DNA of 64,000 nt from assembly GCA_963789955.1 (NCBI GenBank), contig CAWBMV010000022.1:448001-512000 (forward strand), given 5' to 3'. A program made the position numbers and the translations under genes. The stretch is from an uncultured Candidatus Rokubacteria bacterium. Lineage in GTDB: Bacteria; Methylomirabilota; Methylomirabilia; Rokubacteriales; CSP1-6. Positions 55,218 through 64,000 of this stretch are shown here, one piece after another (the stretch's first letter is position 1; the number at the start of each line of letters is the position of its first letter). Under the pieces are notes generated by a model. It saw only the letters and a list, made by a program, of their open reading frames with translations. It had not been told where the DNA came from and ran no database searches.

Positions 55218-56150
55218 CGAGAGTAGTTAGCTGTCCAGCCTTCAGCGCGCCGTAGCAGCCACGCCAGGCCGCCAAGGATGGTCAGGGAGGCGATGAACAC
55301 CGGAATTCCGCTGGTGCGATGCACGAGGCCGGCGCCGATAAAGCCCGGATCAACGTGGATCGCCAGCCACGACAGCACGACGATCCGGACGGCATTCTTG
55401 ACGATCGCCACCGGGATGATTAACGCGGCGAACACGCCTACGAGCCCAGCCTCGGCGCAACACGAAGTATCCAATGACGAGGCCGTTGATCAGCAGCGCC
55501 AGGCTCGAGCGGATGCCGCTACACTCCTCGGCCACCTGGATCGTGAGACCGGGCAAGGCAAAGACGAAGCGGCTCGCGCGGAAAAACGGCATGCCGATCA
55601 GCCCAAAGATCACCGCGGAGACGTCGGCAGACGCCTTCTGCAAAGAGACGATCGCGGCCGTCTGCACCACCGGCGGCAGTGGCACCATGAAGAGCAGCAA
55701 CGCGAAAGGAAAGGTGACGCTGTATAAGGCGCGAATCCCGTAGCGGATGACGAAACTGCCGACCCAGAGCACGACCAGGCCAAGCATGCTGAGGGAGAGT
55801 CGGTGTTCGGCGTCTGCAATGAAGGCGCTCGCTCCGAGGACCGCGACTAGGAACGCGCCCATGAGCATGATCGCGAGCCCGGTGACCAGCCCGGGTCGGG
55901 CCAGCTTCACGATCCTCTCGCGATTCAAAAACACGAGGAAGGCGCTGAGAAACGGCATCAGCACGATGTGCGAATAGTGCTCGTAGTCTTCCGAATTGAG
56001 CGAGCGGCCGATGACCGTGATGAGCGGCTGCCAGCACCAGACGGCGGAGAGCAGCAACAGTGCCGCGAAGACGGCGTCGCGGCTCCGCGCGCCGAAGGCA
56101 AGATCTAGCGACGCGTTGGGAGTGGCGACCGAAACAGGCTCTTTGGACAT
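55214..56150 (-). CDS. exosortase (frameshift near 55445)
   Basis: YSHIVLMP, FMVPLP, VAEECSGIRS (Cys), KNAVRI (Arg), LVHRTSG (His); multi-TM; no EpsI fusion. Confidence 0.9.
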
Positions 56151-56158
56151 CCGGACGC

Positions 56159-57292
56159 TCACCACGCACCCTTTCCACCCAGGACCGCGGCGGGAGTGCG
56201 GAACAGGATGAGCAGATCTGTCCACAGCGATCGAGTGCGGGCGTACTGGAGGTCCAGCCGCACCATCTCGTCGAACGTCGTCCGGCTGCGTCCCTTGACC
56301 TGCCACAGCCCGGTGATGCCGGGCGTGGCTTCGAGAATCCGGCGGCGGTGCCAGGGCGCATAGTGACGCAGCTCGTACGGCAAGGGCGGGCGCGGCCCGA
56401 CGAGCGACATCTCCCCGATGAGCACGTTCCAGAGCTGGGGCAGCTCATCGATACTCGTTTTGCGAAGGAGGTGGCCGATCGGCGTGATGCGCGGATCGTT
56501 CGTGAGCTTGAAGACTGTGTCCGTAGGCGTGGTACCGTTGCGGCCGCTCTCCTTGATGAACTTCGTGATGTACTCGTAGTGCGCCGTCTCGGCGACGTTG
56601 ACGTACATCGTCCGGAACTTGAGCATCTTGAATTGTTTGCCCATCTTGCCGATTCGAATCTGCCGGAACAGAACGTGCCCTGGAGAAGTCAGCCACACCA
56701 CGGCGGCGACCACGAGCAGCAAGGGCGCGAGCCAAACTAGAAGCGTGACGCTGGCGAAGATGTCGAGGGCGCGTTTGATCCAGTTGGAGAGTTTACGTGC
56801 GCGCTCTTCGCGAGGCAGGTCCGGATGGAAGATGGGGTCGGCGGGACCCGGGCCGGACTTCGAGTCGCCGTCGCTCGGTTCCGGATAGATCCGGAACTCG
56901 AGAGAAAAGTCGGCGATCGCCTCGGCATCAAGGCGTCGGCCGAGCTCCCGATAGATGCGGGCGCGAACCGTTTCGACCGCCGGGAGTGGTTGGGAGTCGC
57001 CGATCTCGGAGAAGATGACACCGGCGACTGTTGGCCATTTGACCCAGCCCAGGATGTCGGTCCGGCGTGTCACGGCTGCCAGGGCGTCGAGGGCGGGATC
57101 CAGCCGGTCCTTCGCCTCGAGGGACAGAAGAATGAACGGTCGGTTCGACCGCTCCGACCGTTTGCGCTCCATGACGAGCAGGTGCGAGAAGAGTCCTTCG
57201 TCGATAACGGGTGATCTGCCGTCCCGCTGTGGGGGGCGGTGAGCCTCTGCTATGTGGGGAATATCGCGCTTGCGGCTCACTGACGTTGACAT
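56159..57292 (-). CDS. priming polyprenyl-phosphate glycosylphosphotransferase (Bac_transf) with N-terminal GGDEF-like domain
   Basis: [51 protein letters not shown]. Confidence 0.9.
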   Translation of the reverse strand: MSTSVSRKRDIPHIAEAHRPPQRDGRSPVIDEGLFSHLLVMERKRSERSNRPFILLSLEAKDRLDPALDALAAVTRRTDILGWVKWPTVAGVIFSEIGDSQPLPAVETVRARIYRELGRRLDAEAIADFSLEFRIYPEPSDGDSKSGPGPADPIFHPDLPREERARKLSNWIKRALDIFASVTLLVWLAPLLLVVAAVVWLTSPGHVLFRQIRIGKMGKQFKMLKFRTMYVNVAETAHYEYITKFIKESGRNGTTPTDTVFKLTNDPRITPIGHLLRKTSIDELPQLWNVLIGEMSLVGPRPPLPYELRHYAPWHRRRILEATPGITGLWQVKGRSRTTFDEMVRLDLQYARTRSLWTDLLILFRTPAAVLGGKGAW

Positions 57293-57338
57293 GCTCGCCC
57301 GCCCTAATCGAGCGGGGCGAAAACTTCCGGGACGGCAC

Positions 57339-58364
57339 TCATGCGAACGTTGCTGACTCGAGCCGATGGACACCGGCTGGCCGCCAAGTTTGAGCGATTT
57401 CTGGGTGGCCTCCAGCATCCTCACCACGCGCAGCCCCGCACGGCCATCATTGAACGGCCGCTGCCCCGAGCTGACGCAATCGAGGAAGTAGCGCGCCTCG
57501 AGCAGCAGCGCCTCGGTCTGCTCTAAGCGCGGAGCCCACATGTCGCCGCTGCGGTAGCTGACGAGGAGGTTATAGATGCCCTGCTTGCTTTCGAGCTCGA
57601 CGCCTTTGTCGTAGACCTTGACCTTCTCGGTAGGGTCGAGATCGTTCCACACGAGCATCTTCCGCTCGCCACCCACCAGGGTCGTCCGCACCTTGACCGG
57701 CGAGAGCCAGTTCACGTTGATGTGGGCCGTCACGCAGTTGGGGAAATAGAGCGTGATATACGCGATGTCCTCGAAACCGTTCAGGTGGGCTTGCCCGGTG
57801 GCCACCACTTGCTCGGGCTCCAGCCCGATCAGGTAATCCATGATGGACAGATCGTGCGGGGCCAGATCCCAGACGACGTTAACGTCGTGCTGGAACAGCC
57901 CCAGGTTGACGCGAGTCGAGTCGTAGTAGTACAGGCGTCCCAGCACACCCTGGTCGATCAGCTCCTTCATCTTCCGCACGGCGCCCGTGAACAGGAAGGT
58001 GTGGTCCACCATGATGACCAGGTTCTTCCGGTCCGCGAGCTCGATCAGGTCCTCGGCCTGCCGTCGATTCCGCCGTGAAGGGCTTCTCGACGAAGATGTG
58101 CTTGCCATTCTCGAGCGCCTGCCGGGCAAGGGCGTAGTGCGTCGACACCGGGGTGACGATGGCCACCGCGTCGATCTCCGGCGAGGTGACCACCTCGCGG
58201 GCATCGGTGATCGCCTGCGCCGCTGGATACTGGATGAGTGCACGCGCACGAGCCGCCGGGTCCCCGTCACAAATGGTGGTGACCCGGCAATCCGGGTGCA
58301 TGGCAAAGTTCCGGACGACGTTCGGGCCCCAGTATCCGTAGCCGATGACGCCGATTCTGAGCAC
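57339..58364 (-). CDS. Gfo/Idh/MocA oxidoreductase (frameshift near 58065; true stop uncertain)
   Basis: GYGYWGPN, VTPVSTH, VEKP, DHTF, APHDLS, NWLSPVKVR. Confidence 0.85.
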
Positions 58365-58389
58365 GATGAAGGTCTCCTGGGTCTGTGGC

Positions 58390-59494
58390 CTAGAACACCC
58401 GCTCGGGCACGATGAGCACGTCGCCGGGGCGGAGTGCGAGGTCTTCGTTCTTCTCCGGATCGTTCATGATGTCTTTGAGGTCGACTTTCATGAGAACCTT
58501 CTTGTCACCATCGCGACGGACGAGCGTGGCGCGACTGGGTGCCGCATACTTCGTGAACCCGCCGGCCAGGCTAACGAGCTTGAGCAGGCTGAGCGCCTCG
58601 GGCTGCGAGTACACACCCGGTTTCAGGACCTCACCCATGATGTAGACGGCATTCTGCAGCTCGCCGCCGGCCGGGATGACGATCGTGTCTTCGTGCTTGA
58701 CCATCACGTTTTGTGAGACGTCGCCCTTCTGGATGAGCTTCCAGAGGTCGACGGGAATCTTTTGTTTGCCTCGGATGATGAAGGCGGAAGCCAGATCACC
58801 GCCCTCCGCAGCCCCTCCGGCGAGGAAGAGCGCGTGAAGGATGGGGACGTCCTGCTTGAGGTTGTACACGCCCAGGTTTGGCAACCTTGCCAAGCACGTA
58901 GATGCGACGGTCCTGCATCTCCTGCAGGCTGCTGCCCAGTGCAATCTCCGGTACGACGATCGTATCGTCGCGCTCGAGCGGTACATTCTTGCTGAGGTCG
59001 GCTTCCTGCACGAGCTTTCGCAGATCGACGGGCAGGGTCTTGTTCCCCCGAATGATGTAGGCCGCGGTGAGGTCGGCGTTCTCACTCGTGCCGCCGGCGA
59101 GTGTCAAGGCCTGCAGCAACGGTGTCCCCGCCCTGATTGGATATACCCCCGGCTTCAGGACCTTGCCGACGAAGTAGACGCGGAAGCTCTTGATCTCTTG
59201 AACCATCACCGAGACGTTCGGGTTCTTCACCGCGGTGCTGAGGCGCTTGGTGAGTTCCTTGGTGAGCTGCGGCACGGTCAGGTCCTGCGCCTGGAGCTCT
59301 CCGGCGAGCGGATACGAGATCTTGCCGTCTGGACGGACGACGACCGTCTGTTCGAGATCCTTGTTGTCCCACACTATGATGTGCAGGACGTCATCCGCGC
59401 CGATCCGGTATTCGTCCTCGGCCGCGCTGGCGATGATGCTGCCGCCCAGAACGCACACGAAACCGATCAGCAGGCCAGTGAAGAAAGACTTCAC
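58390..59494 (-). CDS. polysaccharide export OPX/Wza-family protein with three SLBB domains (frameshift near 58880)
   Basis: GTG preceded by GGAGGAG; YRIGADDVL, VRPDGKISYPL, repeated G.V.KPGVY...A.G, ends GDVLIVPERVF. Confidence 0.85.
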
Positions 59495-61706
59495 GCTCCT
59501 CCGTTTCCGTGTTCGCCCGGTCTTCCCGGAGCTGACGTAGTCGTTGTACTCGGCCCAGTAACGGCGCGTCTCGCGGGGCGACAGGCCATTGACGACAACG
59601 CCGACGACACGAGCACGGACCTTCTGGAGCAGCTCCTTCGCCCGGATCAAGCTCCGGCGCTGCGTCGTACCGAAGCGCGTGACGAGCAGCACGCCATCGA
59701 CCTTGGAGCTGAGCGGCAGACAGTCGGAAACCGCCAGCACCGGCGGCGAGTCGATCAGCACGAGGTCGGCCCGCTCCCGCGCCTGCTCCAGCAGCGCGAC
59801 CATGGCGCCCGAGCTGAGGAGGGCGGCCGGATTCGCGGCCTTGATGCCCGACGGCAGGAAGTCGAAGCCTGTCGCTACACCACGAAAGCCCTTCGGCCAG
59901 GCGGCGCCCTTCTGCAGCATGTCGGTCAGGCCGTGCTCGTTCGGCACACCGACCGCGCGGTGCAGGGAAGACCGGCGCAGGTCGGCGTCGATGACGAGGA
60001 CGCGGCGGCCCGACTCGACGAAGGCCAGCGCCAGGTTCAGGAGCACCGTCGACTTGCCATCGTGCGCGGTCGGGCTCGTGACGAGCAGCGTCTTGATCGG
60101 ATGATCGAGGCCGAGGCTGTGACAGTCGATGGCCGTCCGGATCGCACGGCAGGAGTCGGCCTGCAGTGAGTGGGGGTCATGTGTCGCCACGAAGATCATT
60201 GGCGTGGTCTCCGCGTTTGCCGGAGCCCCGGACAGCGGTCGCGCCGATCGGGATCGAGCCGAGCACCGGGAGGCCGGAGGCCGCCACCACCTCTTGCTCC
60301 GTCTCGATGACCCGGCTCGCGTATTCCCGGAGCACCGCCGCCGCGACACCGAGGCCCAGACCGCCGAGCAGGCCGAGCAGCAAGGACTTCAATGGCCGCT
60401 TCGAGCTGGGCTGCTTCGGCTGCTCCGCCAGGTCGATGACGTGGATGCCGCGGACCTGGGCCTGCTCGCTGATCCGGGCGGCGGTCATCTTCTCGGCGAG
60501 CGAACCGGTGAGCTTCGCCTGGATCTCTGCCATCCGTGCCAACCCTGCGTATTCCTGCTCCTTGGCGCCCATGGAGCCCATCGACTTCTTCAGGCGGGCG
60601 ATGCGCGCTTGCACGCCGCTCTCCTGGGACCGGAGCGAGATGACCTCGACCTCGAGATCGGCCATCTGCTTCGAGAGCTGGGCGGCTTCCAGCGGCTTCA
60701 GCCGGGCAACTCCGCCCGGCCGGGGAGTTTGCTGGCCCCGTACGGCGAGTCGGAGCCGCTCCTGGGCGTCCTCAAGATCGGCGCGCGCCGCCTGAACGAG
60801 CGGATGCTGGTCGGTGTACTTCTCGTTCAATCCGACGAGCCTGGCCGCCAGCTGGGCGACCCGCTCCCGCAGCAACTGGGCGTCGCCGGCTAGCGGCCCT
60901 GACTTCCCGCCGCCCTTCAGATAGTTCAGGCGGCTCTCGGCGATCTCACGGTCGACCTGTACGTCGGACAGCGAGGTCTCCAGTTGCGTCAGCCGCTGCA
61001 GGTCGACTCTCGCCTCGTCGGGAAGCTTCACGGCCCCACCGGTTTGCGCCTGAAACTTTCTCAGGGCGTCCTGGGCGTCGGCCTGACTCGTCTTGGCCTG
61101 GGTAAAGAGGTTCTCGAGCAACTCGCGCGTGCCGCGAGCCTGCTGTCGCGCGAACGCGCTACTTCTGGAGAGCAGCACGTCGACGTAGGTGTTGGCGAGA
61201 TCGGCGGCGACCCGCGGGCTGAACGCGGTGGCCGTGAGCGTCACGGTACCGTCCCTCCCAATGTCGAAGGCCATGCGGGACTGGCGCAGCTCGCGGATAG
61301 TCAGCTCCGTCGGACTGTAGACGATCCCTTCCTGCCCCTGCCATCGCCGGATCTGGTTCATCACGGCGAGCACGTAGTCGCGGAAGCCGATCCGGCGGCT
61401 CAGCTCGTCGCGGCCCTCTTTCGGCAGCGCCTCGACGACCGCCTGGGCCAGCGAGCGGCTCCTCAGCATGACCTGGTAGAGCGAATTGACGTCGGGATTC
61501 GTGAACTCGCGAAGGAACGCGGGTTCGCTGCTCTCCGGCAGCAGGAAGAGTGTGGCCGAGGCCTCGTAGGTGTCGGGCGTCAGGAACACCGCCCACACGA
61601 TCGTCGGCAGGGCGACCGCCAGGAACACTGCGAGCACGAGACGCCAGCGATTGGCGGCCACGCGGCGGAGGAGACGCAAGTAGTCGAAGGACGGCGGCTG
61701 ATTCAT
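59491..61706 (-). CDS. wzc: Wzc-like polysaccharide co-polymerase with BY tyrosine kinase domain (frameshifted near 60250 and probably near 3' end)
   Basis: TM, YEASAT, YTDQHP, VIDLA.QP, second TM; SPTAHDGKST, IDADLRR, LIDSPP, Tyr-containing tail RRYWAEYNDY. Confidence 0.85.
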
Positions 61707-61968
61707 TCAACGAACCTCCGTCGACGTTGGCTGCGACAGTCTATCGACGGATCGGACGATTTCGAGGCAGACGTGGTCTCGGTCGAGCAACTCACGAATC
61801 GCAATCCATCACTCCGTTCGAAGGTACGATCTGCGCTATGGCCCCTCAATCCGCCCAATCCCCGAATGCGCTTCGGAAAATCCCGGAGAGCCCGGCCGGG
61901 ACTCGGTGAGCGGTGAGGACGTCGATCGCCGCCCGCGTTCCGCTTGCTCGAGCGATGGCTTCGCCCCC

Positions 61969-61985
61969 TGTCAGGTGACGCGACT
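61969..61985 (-). promoter_or_regulatory. possible enhancer-box copy AGTCGCGTCACCTGACA upstream of the wzc operon
   Basis: GTCG...ACA 17-mer like 9318-9334 and 62602-62618. Confidence 0.3.
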
Positions 61986-62601
61986 ATTTCTGGTGACTGC
62001 ATCTGCACCGAACGAACCAGGTCGCGGTGATGAGCGGACAATACCGGACGTCAGAGGTTTCTGCCACTGACACCTTGGCCCAATCTCAGTGGCACTTTAG
62101 GCCAGTGTCGTTGAAAAACGCGTTCAGCGCGGCGCGGGGTTTGCCATGGAACTCTAGAAGCACAACGCTACGAGATGATGGCGGCCGCTATACGATTTTG
62201 CGTCGGAGAGTGGTCGTAGCCGGGCGAGATTGCACCCTCGATGTTGCTGCGGAAGTGCGATGCCAGGTCGAAGCGACGATGGTCAGCGACGGCGATGTCG
62301 CGCGATGCGACGGTTCCCGTTGGGGCGAAGTGAAGGATGGGTCGAATTTCGAAGCCCGCGTGTTAATCAGTGCCGCGTCGCACCTTGACGAGTGCAGGGT
62401 TCCCGGCCAGCGCGCGGGAAACGGGGCTTAAGCTTTCGCGGACTCAAGAGTTCGTGGTGCACTACCACGAGGAGCGGAGCGGAACGTCACGGCCTCCACA
62501 ACGCCTTGATGCGCCCGCTCCCCGCGATCGCCAGCGCCCGAGTTCGTTGCCGCGATCGCTTGGCGCGCCTGTTGCGCTGCGATCACCGGGCGCGGCCAAT
62601 G

Positions 62602-62618
62602 TGTCGACAATTCTTACA
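62602..62618 (+). promoter_or_regulatory. PEP-CTERM-box-type enhancer site TGTCGACAATTCTTACA
   Basis: TGT-N11-ACA, 61 nt upstream of a sigma54 element that precedes a PEP-CTERM gene. Confidence 0.65.
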
Positions 62619-62679
62619 CTCACCCACCCGGCGAGCGGGTGTCCCCCTAAACTGACTGGCAAAACTACGTTTCCGGAAA

Positions 62680-62694
62680 TGGCGCGATTATTGC
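62680..62694 (+). promoter_or_regulatory. sigma54 -24/-12 promoter TGGCGC-GATTA-TTGC
   Basis: Matches TGGCAC-N5-TTGC with one mismatch and correct GG-N10-GC spacing. Confidence 0.7.
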
Positions 62695-62877
62695 GTGACA
62701 TGCCACGCGGAGGAGCTAGTCACCGCGATCTTGTAAAGTTTGCTGGCAGCCAAGGCCTGGCCGTTCTCTCGGAGCTGAGGCACTGGTGCGAAAGGCGGTC
62801 TGACAGAACCAAGGCAGCATCGAGGAGGGCGTGGTGTGAACCGAATCCCGAATAGGCGACAACCAAGACGACACACG

Positions 62878-63723
62878 ATGACTGCCGCCCGATTCGTGTG
62901 CCTCGTGCTCGCAGCCGTCCTTCTGACCCTGCCCGACTCGGCGAGCGCGCTGCCGCAGTTTTTCGTAGACCTAGGTTCCACTGCCGCGGACGTCCAGGAT
63001 ACGGTCGCTGCCTTCCAGTCGGCTCTCGGCGCTCCCAACAATGGCAACACAGCCGGCCCGCTGCCAAGCGGAAGGCGAGAGATCAACTGGGACGGCGGCG
63101 GCGCCGTGGATGGCACGCTTTCTGGAACGCCCTTTGCCGGCTTCTCGAACCGTGGCGTCATCTTCCAGACGCCCGGCACCGGCTTCCTGCAGGGACCCGT
63201 CGGGCCGAGCGGGGCCTCGAACGACTTCTCCGACGTTTTCGGCACGAATTACAGCGGGACGTTCGCGCCCTTCAGCCAGGCGCGACTGTTCGTCCCTGTG
63301 GGCAGCAACGTCACGAGCGCCAACTTCTCGATTCCGGGCTCAAACGGGGCAGTCCCGGCGACGGTCGCCGGCTTCGGCGCGGTCTTCTCCGATGTCGACA
63401 CCGGGGCCACCACGATCGAGTTCTTCGACGCCTCCAACAATCTGATAACAACCCTGGGCGTTCCGTTCGTCACTGGTAACCAGATGTTCTCATTCGCCGG
63501 CATCCTGCTGGACCCGAGCGCGCCGGGGATCGCGAGCCTGAGAATCACCACCGGCAACGCGCAGCTCGGCGTCGCGGATGGTGGAGGTAATGACGTCGTC
63601 GCGATGGACGACTTCCTCTTCTCCGAGCCACGGGCAGTCCCCGAGCCCGCCACGCTCCTCCTCCTCGGCTCCAGCCTCGCTGGGCTGGCGAGCACCGCGG
63701 CGTTTAGGCGGCGCCGAAAGTAG
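62878..63723 (+). CDS. PEP-CTERM protein
   Basis: Signal peptide ending ASA; GRREINWDG; C-terminal VPEPATLLLLGSSLAGLASTAAFRRRK. Confidence 0.95.
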   Translation: MTAARFVCLVLAAVLLTLPDSASALPQFFVDLGSTAADVQDTVAAFQSALGAPNNGNTAGPLPSGRREINWDGGGAVDGTLSGTPFAGFSNRGVIFQTPGTGFLQGPVGPSGASNDFSDVFGTNYSGTFAPFSQARLFVPVGSNVTSANFSIPGSNGAVPATVAGFGAVFSDVDTGATTIEFFDASNNLITTLGVPFVTGNQMFSFAGILLDPSAPGIASLRITTGNAQLGVADGGGNDVVAMDDFLFSEPRAVPEPATLLLLGSSLAGLASTAAFRRRRK

Positions 63724-63781
63724 TCCGGATTCCTGCAGCGGTGGCAGCGAGCTTGACGATCCCTTGGCCGAGGAAGGAGTC

Positions 63782-64000
63782 GTGAAGCGTCGATCAGCGT
63801 CGGCCCTACCGAAGTATCTTCTCGTCACGTCGGCTCGAAACGAAGAGCAGCTCTTGGAGCAAACAATTCGTGCCGTGCTCGCCCAAACCGTGCGCCCCGT
63901 CAAGTGGATCATCGTCAACGACGGTTCGACCGACGGTACGGCAAAGATCATCGACCGGTATGCGGCGTCCTTGGGTTGGATCGAGCGCCTCGATATGCCG
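63782..64000 (+). CDS. GT2 glycosyltransferase (5' part; runs off window)
   Basis: AGGAAGGAG RBS; KYLLVTSARNEE...WIIVNDGSTDGT; paralog of 47392..48333. Confidence 0.85.
   Translation, partial: MKRRSASALPKYLLVTSARNEEQLLEQTIRAVLAQTVRPVKWIIVNDGSTDGTAKIIDRYAASLGWIERLDMP

Noticed and set aside
56159..58306. Apparent oxidoreductase-sugar transferase fusion ORF (715 aa)
   Set aside because: Linker is not protein-like, an alternative-frame stop lies at 57339 and indels are common; likely artefact
8820..60300. Programmed frameshifting or phase variation in many genes
   Set aside because: Indels are scattered, some in short G/C runs (8820-8825, 41218-41222), and hit core genes; typical of unpolished long reads, though reads are needed to confirm
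58796..60349. Apparent tyrosine kinase-OPX fusion
   Set aside because: OPX has its own RBS, GTG start and signal peptide at a GTGA overlap; an indel explains the read-through
1..64000. CRISPR arrays, rRNA, intact tRNA, riboswitches, prophage or defence genes
   Set aside because: None recognisable by eye; covariance-model searches were not run

Overview
GC-rich bacterial window (overall style suggests Rokubacteria/Methylomirabilota or Acidobacteria; inference only) occupied almost entirely by one very large surface-glycan locus tied to a PEP-CTERM/exosortase protein-sorting system. It contains an exosortase, PrsK, a ~1070-aa PrsT-like TPR lipoprotein and two PEP-CTERM proteins (one with a sigma54 promoter and a TGT-N11-ACA box). 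It also has Wzc, an OPX/Wza protein, Wzx, Wzy/O-antigen ligase, a priming glycosyltransferase, about 14 glycosyltransferases, 7 SAM methyltransferases, 3 polysaccharide-deacetylase-like proteins, 2 FemAB/GNAT-like proteins, 2 asparagine-synthase-like amidotransferases and a WbpB/D/E-like diaminouronic acid module. Many genes carry single-base frameshifts, some in homopolymer runs, probably long-read errors. Separately there are true truncated remnants (two GT4, a methyltransferase, a GNAT, an IS110 transposase). The most interesting observation is that the priming glycosyltransferase has an N-terminal degenerate GGDEF-like domain that keeps an RxxD I-site, suggesting c-di-GMP control of the first step of Wzy-dependent EPS synthesis. 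Also notable: prsR is absent, the OPX lacks a lipobox and membrane-spanning tail and has no beta-barrel partner here, and one asparagine synthase homolog lacks the catalytic Cys. No database searches were run; all calls rest on motifs read from the sequence.
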